Below, piece after piece: positions 24,201-38,490 of a DNA stretch of 64,000 nt (the stretch's first letter is position 1; the number at the start of each line of letters is the position of its first letter). The notes beneath the pieces were generated by a model that had not been told where the DNA came from, ran no database searches, and worked only from the letters and a program-made list of their open reading frames with translations. This stretch comes from Octopus sinensis (Eukaryota). The DNA is taken from positions 42,594,001 through 42,658,000 of the forward strand of contig NC_043003.1 in the NCBI RefSeq assembly GCF_006345805.1, read 5' to 3'. The translations under genes and the position numbers were made by a program.

Positions 24201-25108
24201 GAACGTTGAAACTTAGTGTGCATACACAACAGACCTCAAGGTCAATCTGTGCCAACCGAATTTACTCTGCATGTTTTAGCTTCGTTACTATGGCTACAGT
24301 CCGAATATTTATTGATCAGATCTCGTATGTATGCAGGTTCATCGTCGTCTACGTATTTGTGTATGAGAATATGAAATACAATAGCGTAACGTTTCAATAA
24401 TTTAGTTGTCAGTGAGTTTATCTGTCCCATACTTTGTTATCATTTATTCAGTTGTTTGTATTTTTAATTAGCCGATTCTCTGCATTTGCTTGTATTTGAT
24501 GTGTAGTTTTCTCAAAACCTCAGTGGTAAAGTGGAAAAAATTAGGAATTTCGGTGCTATTTCTTGCACATAAGACTATATGTTCACACAGTGGAATCTAT
24601 TTTGTATTACAATCGGGTACATGTTGGTATTGAATAGTTAATCTACTTCTCAAGGTATGCCTCGTTTGTCGTATGTAATCTTCGTTCCATCCAGTATATT
24701 TAATATTAGGAAATTTCTGTATGTGTCCAGTACGTACTGTAAATTAAAATTAAATTGAATTACATTTTAAATCAAATCAACTTAAATTTAATCAACTTCA
24801 AATTTAACTTAAATCTAAGACCTAATTTAAACTATTGGAAGTACTTCCAATAACTTTGATATAGCTACAGCAAACAGTTTTCTCCATCTATATTAAGCTT
24901 ACTTTTAGGGATTTGGGGAATCTTGAAATTTTAATTTTAGGGATTTGAGTTTTCGCTTGCTTTTCATTTTTTGGTAAATCTCGTGTGTATGTATGTATAC
25001 ATGTAAGTCTGTCTGTCTATCTGCATGTATGTTTGTATGTATGCATGTATCTGTCCGCTTGTCTGTCTACCTATATGTATGTATTTATGTATGCATGTAT
25101 TATATGTT

Positions 25109-25142
<34 letters not shown>

Positions 25143-25160
25143 TGTATGTATGTATGTATG

Positions 25161-25224
<64 letters not shown>

Positions 25225-25339
25225 GTGTGTGTGATGTGTGTGTACTCGTGTATATATGTATATGTAGGAATTTAAGTTTAGGCATTTGAGTTTTCGTTTG
25301 CTTTTGTATGTATGTATGTATGTATGTATTTATGTGTAA

Positions 25340-25735
25340 GTCTCTTCTATTTTTTATTATTATAAATCTTCCACTGAGGAGGGAGCCAGTTTCCAACAAA
25401 GATACAAGGCTCCATCTTTGGGATGTAGTTAACACAGACAAATTTACGTTTGGAACTTGGAAATCTCTTCCATATTTCTACTGTTCCATTCACAGACAGC
25501 GCTTGTAATGTATGAATTAGCCAGTCGATTTCTCTTTCTGAAAATCTCAGTTCATCCAGATTCTCCTTTAATCATTTACTAACAAAAATTGTTATCGGTA
25601 TGGATATGATTTCATAGTCTGGGTATACAAGCTGGAGTTTTCGAAGCAATTGTCTGTAGATATCCTCTTTTTCTTTGATTTTCAAAGAGATATTTATGTG
25701 TACAGGGCAGCTGACTTCTATGATGTCTGTCTGTA
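25340..25735 (-). mobile_element. 3' end of a non-LTR retrotransposon with restriction-like endonuclease (RLE; R4/Dong-like)
   Basis: IIEVSCPVHINISLKIKEKEDIYRQLLRKLQLVYPDY...PITI...LKENLDELRFSEREIDWLIHTLQALSVNGTVEI, followed by a short (ATA)n tail. Confidence 0.7.
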
Positions 25736-25836
25736 TGCACGTATGCATATACGTATACATATATGTATATCTGTTTATAGATATATGCATATGTATATAT
25801 GTGTGTGTACGCATATAGTATATATAATATATATAT

Positions 25837-25886
<50 letters not shown>

Positions 25887-26908
25887 TTGTGTGTTTGTGA
25901 TGTGCATATATATATGTATGTATGTGTATGTGTGTGTGTGTGTGCGTGTGTGTATTTTAGAAACCGTGCGAGTCAGGGATGGAAAATAAGCGAAATTTGG
26001 GTCAGTTCTAGTATTTACTGAGTATGCTCAGAGCGTCCTTTGCTGGTATCTGACGCGGAAGACAGCTAATAAGCGAGAAATGCACGCGTCAGTCCACATA
26101 ATATAGACTGTTTAGATTCAAACTCACACACACATACACACACACACAACACACACACAATCACACACACAGAGTCACACACACAAACATACACACACAT
26201 ATGTATACTGATAATATTTTCCGGAGAATCAACTTTCACTCAGGTCAACAGGAAAATTCAGATGAAACACAGTTATACTCTAAATTATGTATTGAGTACT
26301 CTCATCTTCTTTCGTTGACGAAAGTAACATTTAAATACGTACGTGCGTGTACGTGCATGTGTGCGTGTGTGTGTTAGTCAGTTTGTGGGTGTGTGAACAT
26401 GTAACTGTAGAACGTGGTGTTCTACGGCTTTCGCCACTCCACTGATACCCCAGTGTAATATAATAAAAAGTTCATTACGAAATACAATATATTAACAATT
26501 GTTGCATGATCAACCATATCATTGCTAACAATAATATCAATAACAAAAACTTTATTACAACCGGAGCAGCAACAGGACCAACAATATCATAACACACCAC
26601 CGCAAAATACAAAACCACCACCACCACCACCACACCACCACTACTAATGCCGTCTTTGCAGCCGACGCCGCCACCTCCGTTGACACCACCACTTTCACCT
26701 TGTCTCCATATCTGGTCTTTTCAGCTATGTTAATCAACACCAAATGGACATTCGACAAGTAATATATCCGTTGGTGTGCACGCATAAGAATGTATACGTG
26801 CGAATATCAATGTGTATATCAACATTGGTATATATTTGTGTACTTTAGTGTATTTTTAAGTGCTTATATATGTAGTATTTCAATGTGCGTGAATGTATGC
26901 CTCCTTTA

Positions 26909-26964
<56 letters not shown>

Positions 26965-27366
26965 ATGCATGTATGTATATATATATGTATATATATATAA
27001 TTACATATATATGTATATGTATATATATATATATGTTCGTGCGTGCATATATACATATATACGTATATACATTCATGTATATATATATATATACACACGC
27101 ACACACATATAAATGTGTATATATATATATATACAGACACGCACACGCACACATATTCAGGCGACTTACACATGCAATTATACATCTATCCATGCAGAAT
27201 ATGTAGGTGCGTATTGCGTAGATGTGTTTGTGTGTACATGTGTATACATGTATTTACATATGTATATTTGCGCAGAGTATGTTTACGTTGCGCAAGCTTT
27301 GCCTCTCTGTCTGTCTATATCTCACATTCACACGCTCCTATATACATGTCTGTCTGTCTATCTATC

Positions 27367-27484
<118 letters not shown>

Positions 27485-27946
27485 ATCTGAGAGTAGAGAG
27501 GCAAGTTTTGTCTAGTGAATGTTTTAAAAAAAGATAGGTGAATGTAGCAAGGATGGCACGTATGAATGACGAAGCCACCTTGACCATGATCCTATGAACC
27601 GTAAAAATTAATACAGAGAGTTGCTTATTTGGAAAAAAATATAACATGTGACTTCATTGACCGAGGTTACCGTGGTCTTTTTCGTAGGCTTTTCTTTCCA
27701 CGGGTAAACCCACCTGCCGTCCCCTTTACACTTTATACTGACATTTCTGTGATAACGATCTCTATTGATCGATTTTTTTTCTTTTTCCTTTTATCCTCCC
27801 CCCTTTTTTTTTTGCTTTCCTCTTTCTTTCCTATTACGATCCCATTTGATCGAACCCCCCCCCCCCTTTTTTATCCTCAAAAAGAAAAGCTCTACTTTGT
27901 AATTTGTCCCGTCTGTGTGCAGCCCTTTGTGGCTAATAAAGAAACA

Positions 27947-28039
<93 letters not shown>

Positions 28040-28309
28040 CATATGAATATATGCAACAATTTTTATAATTATGAGTATAATTTGCTTCACCACATACCGA
28101 AATTTAGATGTAGCAGTCAAAACTAGCTATTTCTCTACCATAAGAACATCTCCCAGAAAACAATACTCAACAACCCACGTAGGCAAAGAGAAAACATAAC
28201 GAATTCACTCGGCTTTGATAGATATATGCATGTATGTATGTACGTACGTATGAATGTATGTGTGTATGTATGTATATATGCATGTTTGTGCATGTGTACG
28301 TGTGTTGCC

Positions 28310-28349
<40 letters not shown>

Positions 28350-28354
28350 TGAGT

Positions 28355-28387
<33 letters not shown>

Positions 28388-28715
28388 ATGTGGCAAGTGA
28401 TTTTAACTGTTGGTTTCTCTCTCTCGAGGTCATGGTTTCAATCGTTAGCCCGTGTGTTCCGTTGTGTTCCTTAGCAAAACCTTTAATATCACCTTCCTCT
28501 GTTATCACTTCAACAGCTGACGAGTAACACTCCGTACATACGTTCAGACGGTGTCTGTTTGGTAGTGGGAATATGCTAATGTGCAGTGAATACAGTTGAT
28601 CACTATAAAATCGTGATCTGCGCCGGATGTTCAGCGAGAAATTGCAGATCTGTTTTCCTTGGACTACGAGAAGCTACCGTGTGTATGCATGCCTGTGCGA
28701 GTTTTTTTTTACATT

Positions 28716-28765
<50 letters not shown>

Positions 28766-29289
28766 TCTTTTACTTGTTTCAGTCATTTGATTACAGCCAT
28801 GCTGGAGTACCGCCTTAAAGAGTGTTTTATTCGAAGAAATCGAGCCAAGTACTTATTCTACCGGTCTCTTTTGCTGATCATAAACACAGCAACATCGGTG
28901 TGGGGAGACAATCCAGGACAGACACACATAAATACATACACACACGCGCGCGTACATGTGCGAACGCATTCGCATCATATATATGTAGTATAATATATAT
29001 ATATATAAAATTAAGAGGAATGACCCCCAAAGTGGACTCCTAATAAGTACTGTCAGCTGGAGGAGGGTGATGACAAAGGTTTTCAGAGGTTGGTGAAAAA
29101 GAATGTCGGAGGTTGTCTAGAAAGGTTGTCGCGAAAGTTTTTCGGAGGTTGGCGAAAGGGGTTGTCGTTCACAGAAAAACTATCGTTTTAACGTGAGAAT
29201 CAAATATTGATAGCTTCGCTAAAAAACTGCAGGTTGTAGGGGTTATTTCTCTTGGGTTGTTTAAATAAAATATTAGTAATATGTAGTAG

Positions 29290-29468
29290 GGGATCCATTA
29301 GATAGACCCTATTATCGATTTTTTTTTCAACAATCTAAGTATCACGAGGTTTCCAGATATGAGTTCTACTCATGTGTCAATTTTCATCAAAATCAATAAA
29401 ACGATGTAGGAAGAGTTAGATAACAACGCCACAAACAAACTCATACCGATTTTCCATGTATGTAGTAG
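29290..29468 (+). mobile_element. Possible non-autonomous Helitron/Helentron-like 3' end
   Basis: AATTTTCATCAAAATCAATAAAACGATGTAGGAAGAGTTAG...ACAAACAAAC...GTAGTAGAT resembles HINE/DINE-type ends; recognised by pattern only. Confidence 0.3.
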
Positions 29469-29950
29469 ATATATAATATATATAATATATCCATATAATA
29501 TATATATATGATATATATACATAATATGTATATATATAATATATATATTATATATATACATAATATATATATAATATACACCTGCTAGATAAGTTAAATT
29601 TCTATAAATTTGTCTAAAGTCGCAAGACATCTGCCGTTATCCTGTTATTACCATTCTTGTTTTTGTTTTATTTGTATTTTGTTTTTTGTTGTATTATATT
29701 CGTGTGGCTCGTCCGTTTTTCTGTCCTTGTTCGTTACATTCGCTCCTTTTCCAAGAAATTCAATGCTCGCAGCTTAGTTTTTCATTGGGGCTGCCGTGTC
29801 GGAGCAATATCAGGATTAATCAGCTGAAATTTGCTATGATGATCCGGTTTCGACTGAAGATTAAAGGCTTCGAATGACCGTCCGTTTTTGTGTTCGTCCC
29901 TTTGTGTATTTCACGTTCTTGTTTCTTTATATATAATTTTTTACCACATA

Positions 29951-30013
<63 letters not shown>

Positions 30014-31088
30014 ATATATATATATATATATAATATAGTGCGCGAGCAATTATGGGTGTGTGTGTAGAAAATCCGCTTCACAACATGATTTTGAGCCCAA
30101 TCCTGCAACGTGACGTTTTGTTTGAGAAAACTCCAGTGATAACCCAAGAACATTGAGGTACCTATCTCCCTTCACAATTCTCTCTCTTCCCACCTCTCTC
30201 TTTCTTTCCACCTCTCGCTCCCCCTACATCTCCCCACCTCTCTCTTTCTTTCTACCTTACGAAAAACAAATGCGTACCGTGGTTCGAATTATTTGCTGGA
30301 AAGCCAACACTTTCTGTTTCCTCGAAGAAAACGTAACGGATCTCCAGTGCGGTTTGGTTAGATAATCCGCCAAAATTATCTGGGATTCGTTTGGAAAGAA
30401 AGTGTATACTTAAAAAAATGAAAAGTGGTGAATAAATCGGTGGTTGTACATCATACATGTTTCCATGAGGAGTAACCGTGCTACATGCAGAAGAAAATGT
30501 AAAAAAAAAGCACGTTATATTTGGATGTTAATGAAAGCAGTCAGTGTGAAGTCTAAATTACCAATCGCTTCTGTTGTTCGTAGACAGGGATTTTTTTTCT
30601 TTTTTCATTTTTTTTTTTTTTGAGTGGCATCGACTCCGAAGCCAGATTACCGAGAAGTCGTTTAATACTAGTCAAATACGTGTGTTGGTGTGTTTCTTAG
30701 TAGTGACGTGAAGGTGCTAAACAAAGCGAATGTTGCACAGGTAGAACCTTGCTTTCAAATACGATACTGTAAACTTTTCAGTGACAATGGTTTATGGAAA
30801 CCTTATGATCTTTGGTGCTTCTAAAGGACAACAGTGTCTGTTTCACAGATTCCAATGCGTGGTTAAGGTTCCGCCATTATAGTACCAAATTACATTTGTT
30901 CCTCCCCATTTACATCTTTTTTAGTGCCTTTTATTCCTTATGCACAAACACAAACATGTATATATGTAGGTGTTACACCCCACGCGTACCACGCCGTTTA
31001 TATATATATATTATATATATATAAATATATGTATGTATATATGTATGTAAGTATGTATGTATATATGTAATACATATATATATATTAT

Positions 31089-31129
<41 letters not shown>

Positions 31130-31267
31130 CACACACACACACAAGTACATACTCACTCACACACACACATATTATGCACACGCACATAGTTTTATATAGA
31201 ATTGTCCCTCTTGATTTCAATTCTTATTACTTCTTGTTTATATTTACATATGACCTTGTATACATCT

Positions 31268-31307
<40 letters not shown>

Positions 31308-31418
31308 GTGTGTGTGTGTGTGTGGGGGTACATATATATATGTATGTGTGTGTCTGCATACAGATATACATATATATTTATGTACATATATATGTATGTT
31401 TGTGTATGCAGTATATAT

Positions 31419-31449
<31 letters not shown>

Positions 31450-31456
31450 CACACAC

Positions 31457-31520
<64 letters not shown>

Positions 31521-31536
31521 CATAACATTTAATATA

Positions 31537-31577
<41 letters not shown>

Positions 31578-33664
31578 TATAAAGAGAGAGAGAGCGAGAG
31601 AGAGAGAGAGAAAGAGATGTTTGTAAATATATGTAAGCATGCATTCACTCACACGTGTAGGTGCATTTTCGCAACGTGTTTTAGTGTTTTATTATTTGAG
31701 CTTTATGTGAGGAAACACCTGCCACCAGTCTGTATTATAAATGTTTGCCGAGTTGAGGAGAAAATATATTTAAACACCTTTTACTGGAAATAGCTATCAA
31801 AAGGCTAAGATATCTTCTTTTGTTAAGAACACTAGAATTATGAACTGAAGTCATATAACTACAGTTACAAGTCAAAGATTTTCCTGTGTAACAGTCTTTG
31901 AGGGCTTTCATACACTACTGGTGTATGCCTGATAATGATTTAATATTGTGTTCCGGTACGTGTACCTGTTTCGCTTCAGGTAAATCAGGATCGTTGCAAC
32001 TTTTGATAAAAGACGTTCTAGTCCTGAAATACTTAATTCCTGTTCTTTTATCTTTTTGTGTGTGTGTTTTTTACCAACAGGATATCTTTTCGAATGTATC
32101 CTTTTTCTTAGGCGATATGTTGTGATATAAAGGAAAAGTAGCCGCTTATTCTATGTGGCCAAACAAAGGTATAACAGCTGCATTGCTATTGTTGTTTAAT
32201 CCGAACTTTCCGCTGTCATTGATTCATAAGGTCTGAGATCAGTGATTTCCATAGACGTAATAGATATAGATACTTACACACACACACACACACGCACGCA
32301 CATACACACATGCACACATACAGACATACACACACACATATATATGCGCGCGTGTGTGTGTGTATATATATATAGACAGATTAATACATAGATAGGTTGG
32401 TAGGTAGATAAGTAGGTAGGTGGGTAGGTAGGTAGGTGAGTGGGTAGGTAGGTAGGTAGGTAGGTAGGTAGGTAGGTAAGTAAGTAAGTAGGTAGGTAGA
32501 TAGATGGGTGGGTATATGTGTATGTAGGTAAGTAGATAGATACGTGGATTTGTAGGCAGGTAAATATGCAGCAAAACGTCCATAAATTATAAACTCTTAA
32601 AGAAGTATAAATATTACCAGAATTAGAATTCCAATGAAGGTCAATGACGCAATACCCATGTATGTTATATTGTATACAACATAACTACCGCAAGCTAAGA
32701 AAGAAGATCTCCCTAAACAAATTCAACCCAGCAAGAACTCGAATCTCAAAGTAAGGACCATTTAGAAATCACGGAAATACAAATTGCAAAAATGTTCACG
32801 GTCGACAACTTGTGCAAATACATAACCATATCAAACATATACATACCATCTTCAGCTGCCTAACGGATATCATTGTCATTTCGACACTTGGGCTGTAATA
32901 TTTAATTCGACGGCGACCGCAGCATTAAAATATAAATCAGTATGAAAACTAGCAGACATGGAACAGGGGTCAACTGTTAGTGCAATATATATACATTATG
33001 TCTAAACTTGATTATCATTACAAAAGCACAAAAGCAAATATCAAATCTCAAAGCGTCATACATGAAAACTGCATTGTCATCCGAAGAACAATAGAACGTT
33101 AAAAAGGTCATAAAATGTTAAAATGTATAAGCGAACTAAACGCATTGAAAAGAAGTTATTGAATACAGACGAAAACACTCGTTGCAAATACATAAAACTA
33201 GAAGTAATAATAACCTAAGATATAATGAACCTAGAACTGTAAACGTTAATTAAAGAACGTAAACCGCTAGACATTTCTACTTAACAGACTATAAAATATA
33301 TCTAAAACACGTAAACATAATTAAACGAAACATAATTAAAACAAAATACAATTAAAACGAAAAAGACGTGCACTGAATGAATAACATCATTTTAACTATC
33401 AGACATCAGTCGTTGTTAAACAGTACGAATAAGTTTGAGGTGTGTTCGAACCCATAAGAAAACAATTCACAGTATTTTGTCTTGGAGAAAGTAACTCCCT
33501 GTAAACAAATATGTGTAAATAAACCGAGTCAATTTACAGGCTCCCCAAATCAGACTGTTCTTTCTAAGATTTTACTTTTTCGGGCAAGAAACAGAATAAC
33601 ACAAGATAACAGAATAACAGACTGGAATTGAATACTTTTTCTTTATAAAATGTTCTGGCACTAG

Positions 33665-34815
33665 GAAGGCTATTTTTGTGTTGAGGAAGGATGATACAGC
33701 AGGCTTTGGAGATGCAAGAAGACGTCTACATGTGTTTCTTAGATTACCCAAAGGCCTTTAACAAAGTAAGACATGAAATGTCATTTCAAGAACTCAGTAT
33801 CCTTTACCTGCGTGAGTTAGACCTCCGAATCTTTCAGAGTCTGTTTTGGAGGAACCAATCAGCGTGGATAAAGCTGGATGTAGAATGCAGTTAACACACT
33901 TGCATCAGGAGAGGGGGGAGATAAGGTTGCGCTATGTCACCAGATCTCTTCAATTGTTAGAGCGAATTTATCATAGGAGAACTGTAAAAGTAAATGGGTC
34001 TTAGAGTAGCGGGCGGAAACATCACAAACATAAGATGTGCAGATGATACAGTCTTACTTGCAGATTAAGAAGATGTACTTCAGAGACTTCTGGATGTAGT
34101 GATCATAGACAATGAGTGGCGGGGGTCTGTTCATAAATTGCAATAAGGTAGTGTGTATGGTAGTAAATAAGAAGGGAAATCCAATGTGCATACTTAAAGT
34201 GAACGATCAAATCATTCGGCAAATATTATCATTTACTTACAATGGAACTTTGATCACAAAAGGCGCAGATGTGTGAAGGAGATCAAAAGACGAACAATGC
34301 TAGCAAAATCTGCATTACTAAAAATTGATTAACACCTTCAGATGTTTTCTGGGTATTTAGACAACGATCTCTATGTTGAACTACTATGTCTACCCTGTGT
34401 TGATTTATGGAAGTGAGACATGATCTATAATATCAGGGTAAAGAAAGTTCTTGGAGAGCTGTGAAATCTGGTTCTTACTGAGAACATTGAGGATAGCATA
34501 AACAGACTAAGTGCCTAATGAAGAAGTGATGACCTGGACTGCAATTATAGGAAACTGCTTCGTGAGATAAGGGCCAAAAAACTGAGATGTCTTGTTCATA
34601 TTATAAGGAAAGAGGGCCTGGAGAACTTAGCTATCACCGGACAGACTGAAGGGGGGAAAAGCAGAGGAAGAAGAAGGATGATAATCTTGCTGAACAGCTT
34701 GGAAGAAAGAGCTAGTAAACACCAGGAACCGTTACAGAAAACAAAGAGCTGAGTATTGTGGCAGGGCATGATCGCCTATGTCCGATATTCTGGATATGGC
34801 GCCTAAAAAGAAAGA
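33665..34815 (+). mobile_element. RTE-clade LINE, 5'-truncated RT pseudogene with 3' end
   Basis: VYMCFLDYPKAFNKVRH, G..QGCAMSPDLFN, NITNIRCADDTVLLAD, and GGKSRGRRRMI near the end; several stops. Confidence 0.85.
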
Positions 34816-34898
34816 ATAATAACATATATAAAATAGTGTCGTATAATATATAAGAATATAAGTATAAAGATTATATATACAGTTCTACATTTAAGAGA

Positions 34899-35837
34899 TC
34901 AGCACCACCAAAACTAACACTATGGCTGCGATATGTTGATGACACCTTCATACACTGGCCCCACCAGGAAGATGTCCAGGTGCTGTTAGATCATGTGAAC
35001 TCAATAAAACCAACCATAGAGTTAACTATGGAAAAATAAATAGACGATCAGCTACCATTCCTGGACGTATTAATAACACGCACTAAGTATGGATTCAGGA
35101 CATCCGTATACCGCAAGCCGACCTTCACTGGATGATGCCTTAACTTCAACTCCCACCATCCATAGTGTAAAGAGAGGGATTGCTCAGTGCCTAAAACATC
35201 GAGCAATGAATATAAGTAGCGATCGTGATACTAACCACGAAGAAAAGATAAAGCACAGTAACAATCTATTAAGCAACAACCACCCCAAAAGTATACTCTC
35301 CACTCGAATTAGGAAGAAAAGAGAGGATGAAACCGATAAACTGTCCACAGTCTGTCAACCCTATGTGGAAGGCCTCTCCAAAAAGATACAAAAGATATGC
35401 AGCCCATATGATATCAGGTCAGTATTCAAAAGTAATACAACACTTCGCAAATATCTCCTTCGAGTAAACTAACAATATAAGAGAACATGACTAAGAACTG
35501 CGTGTACTCCATCCCATGCAGCTGTGGTAGGTTATACAAAGGCGAAACATGCCACCCCCACAAAATAAGGGTAGAGCAACATCGCAAAGCTGTGACACGA
35601 AGAGATATTGATAAATTGAGTATAGCAGTTCATCCCTTGTGGGATGAAGTTAAAATAAAGTAATGAGAACACGTACTGGAAAATGCGAAAACTAAAAGAA
35701 GCAGCACACATGCTATGACACAGTAGCCTCCTAAGCAGGCTGAGTGCGGATATGAATAGCATACGGAAACTGGTATTAAGGAAGGATAGGAGAATATTAG
35801 ATTTATAAGCCCTAAAATTAGCTCCAGAATTGCCCAC
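34899..35837 (+). mobile_element. Penelope-like element fragment (RT C-terminal half plus GIY-YIG endonuclease), decayed
   Basis: WLRYVDDTFIHWPH (YVDD at 34932), LPFLDVLI...TSVYRKPTFTG..LNFNSHHP, and KNCVYSIPCSCGRLYKGET (GIY-YIG). Confidence 0.9.
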
Positions 35838-36070
35838 GAGCATATGGCGTAGTGGTTAAGAGCGCGGGCTCCTGATTCCGAGTTCGATTAATATTTTATT
35901 ATTATTATTAATAATAATGATAACAACAACTTCGAAAAATACCTTAGGAATGAGAACCCAGGTTCAAAATTTCCCCAAGACACCTGATGAAGGCTGGAGG
36001 GTATATCAGCCGAAACGTTGTGTTAACAACAAACAATATGAGGACACATATTCGTCAATTGTAAATAATG
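35838..36070 (+). mobile_element. SINE-like unit: tRNA-type Pol III head, AAT spacer, hammerhead-bearing tail
   Basis: A box TGGCGTAGTGG (35845-35855), B box GAGTTCGATT (35880-35889), (ATT/AAT)n, then the hammerhead at 35979-36024. Confidence 0.65.
35979..36024 (+). ncRNA. Minimal type I hammerhead ribozyme (PLE type)
   Basis: GACAC-CTGATGA-A-GGCTG-GAGGGTATAT-CAGCC-GAAA-CGT-T-GTGTT; palindromic ACGT stem III, triplet GUU. Confidence 0.75.
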
Positions 36071-36141
36071 TATGTATATATGTGTGTGTGTGTTTACGTA
36101 CATACATAATAAAATATATATTATGTATTATATATATAATA

Positions 36142-36175
<34 letters not shown>

Positions 36176-36329
36176 CAAAAATGAGAAAATGGAGAAACAT
36201 ACCTAAATCATCATCAACCATCAGATAATACCCACTCAATACTTTATTAAACCATTACACAACAGCAATGACATTATACATAATATATTACAAATATAAC
36301 TAGACATAGAAATAGAAATAGAAATACAA

Positions 36330-36458
36330 TTACATTGTAGTGACAGCCGTTTCGGCCGTGAAGACAGGTATGTCCCATTTAACCATTAGCCATATAAAGC
36401 AGTATAAATGAGACATTAACAAGAATGTCTCACGGCCTCTTCAGAGAATTTAATGTAA
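36330..36458 (-). ncRNA. Hammerhead ribozyme candidate with extended stem II
   Basis: Minus strand CTGAAGA-GGCCGTGAGACA...TGTCTTCACGGCC-GAAA-C-GGCT-GT-C; distal stem I TTACATT/AATGTAA, proximal stem I mismatched. Confidence 0.55.
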
Positions 36459-36796
36459 GTATGAAAAAAATTACATATAAATATAAAAATGTGTGCATAG
36501 ACACTCATAATTCTACACAATAATACAATATAAACAATATATATCAATATACATTAACAAACACAATAATGTTCCATATTGAACTCATAGTTCTATATCC
36601 AACATCAAGGAAATACATGTACACTCATATTTAAATTTAAAGCAGGCGTATATATTTAACAGTCCAGTCTATTAAAATGTATAACCACACAAAAAGTCAA
36701 TAAAATTAATATTAATATTAATAATAATAATAATAATAATAACAACCATGATTGTACCATGTAAAGCAAGCGGACATCTATGTCATAATTATTACT

Positions 36797-36962
36797 AGAG
36801 AGTATATGGAGACTGGTATATCCTCAAAATTTCTTTCCTTTTATTTTACGGTATATCATACACCATTTTTAATGGTTACGACGAACAATAAAACATGCTG
36901 CATGACATACCGTAAAATAAAAGGAAATAAATTTTGAGGATGCGCCAGTCTCCATATTCTCT
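36797..36962. mobile_element. Hairpin MITE-like element with ~60-bp TIRs
   Basis: TATGGAGACTGGTATATCCTCAAAATTTCTTTCCTTTTATTTTACGGTATATCAT versus its reverse complement at 36902-36956 (about 5 mismatches); TSD not resolved. Confidence 0.7.
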
Positions 36963-37120
36963 GTCGTTATAATTATTGCAAGTATACAATCCTGGTGTAA
37001 TACCATCCAGAGAAGCGAACATGAAATTGCCTATCGGAGGAATATACGTTAAATAATAATCGTTGCGGTTAGCCTAAAAGAGCTACACCAGTATCTGCCC
37101 GGATAATATATCCCTCTAAA

Positions 37121-37353
37121 GGCGGCGAGCTGGCAGAAAGGTTAGCACGCTAGGCGAAATGCTTAGCAGTATTTCGTCTGTATTTACATTCTCAGTTCAA
37201 ATTCTGCCGAGGTCGACTTTGCCTTTCATCCTTTCGGGCTCGATAAATTAAGTACCAGTTACGCACTGGGGTCGATGTAATCGACTTAATCCGTTTGTCT
37301 GTCCTTGTTTGTCCCCTCTATGTTTATCCCCCTGTGGGCAATAAAGAAATAAG
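37121..37353 (+). mobile_element. Full-length SINE family B with 16-bp TSD
   Basis: TSD AATATATCCCTCTAAA at 37105-37120 and 37354-37369. Confidence 0.92.
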
Positions 37354-38045
37354 AATATATCCCTCTAAACTCACATTAACACACAAACGCGCGGGCGCGC
37401 GCAACACACATACATAATATTTCATGGCTAAATGGTTAGGGTGTTGTCCCAAGTTCGTGATTTCAATTCGTGGACTTAATGGTATGCTATGCTCTTCAGC
37501 GAAAAACACCAATTCACGTTACACTGCAAGCGTTTCGGCCCCTGATATGTGGTACATCTTACACCTGTTCAGGCAACGTCGATTTGATGGAGAGAGGGAA
37601 CTAATGTACAGCAGATACACTTGATCACTATAAACAAATCATTTCTCTATGTTGTACATAAAAATATTGCAGAACCATCTTTATCAGACTAGGAGAGATT
37701 ATCATAATCAGTATATATACGTATATGCATGTGTGTGTGTGTTTGTGTGTGTGAATGCAAGTGCGTGGTGTGTATGTGTATGTGTGTGTGTGACTGCGTC
37801 TGTGTGATATCTTGTTTCTTCGTGTGAATGCATGAAGCTTGAGTCTTCATCAGTGAGTCTAAGATTGACTCTCACTCTGGTGCAGGGTTAAGAATTTTGT
37901 TGGGGAGTATTTAGTCACTAGTCGATGTTTATATGCCCCAGTAAACAACATCTATTAATTTTAATGTTTGGAAAACGATGAACGGCAATGTCAACTTTGG
38001 TGAGATTTGAAGCCTGAAATATTCAAGCCTATAACTACGTAATGT

Positions 38046-38490
38046 GGAGGCGCGTCACTTAGTGGTTAGAGTGTCTGTACCATGATCGTAAGATTGTGGC
38101 TTCGATTAGATTGTGGCCCGGTCCGGGCGACGCGTTATGTTCTCGAGCAAAACACTTCATTTCACGTTGCTCTAGTCCACTCAGATGGCAAACATGAGTA
38201 ATTACATAATACCAGAAAGCATCATTGCCTCCCAATACAGCGCTCATGTATTAAGAGTAAAGTTTCTTCCCGAGTTATATAGATTCATAGAGCCAGTTTA
38301 CCGGTTTCTATTGCGTATATATCCCCCACCTGGACAGGACGCCTGTCTGTCGTAGAATTACTCATTTTTGCCAGCTGAATGGACTAGGACAACGTGAAGT
38401 GAAGTGTTTTGCTCGAGAACACAACGCATCCTGGAATCGAAACCACAATCTTACGCTCATGAGTCCAATATCTTAACTACTAAGCCACGC
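38046..38490. mobile_element. Two diverged CORE-like SINEs, convergent (38046-38200 plus; 38270-38490 minus)
   Basis: Each has a tRNA-like head and the TTCTCGAGCAAAACACTTCA..TCACGTTG core. Confidence 0.7.

Noticed and set aside
29850-29885. CTGAAGA...TTCGAAT hammerhead-like remnant
   Set aside because: Stem II does not pair and GAAA is altered.
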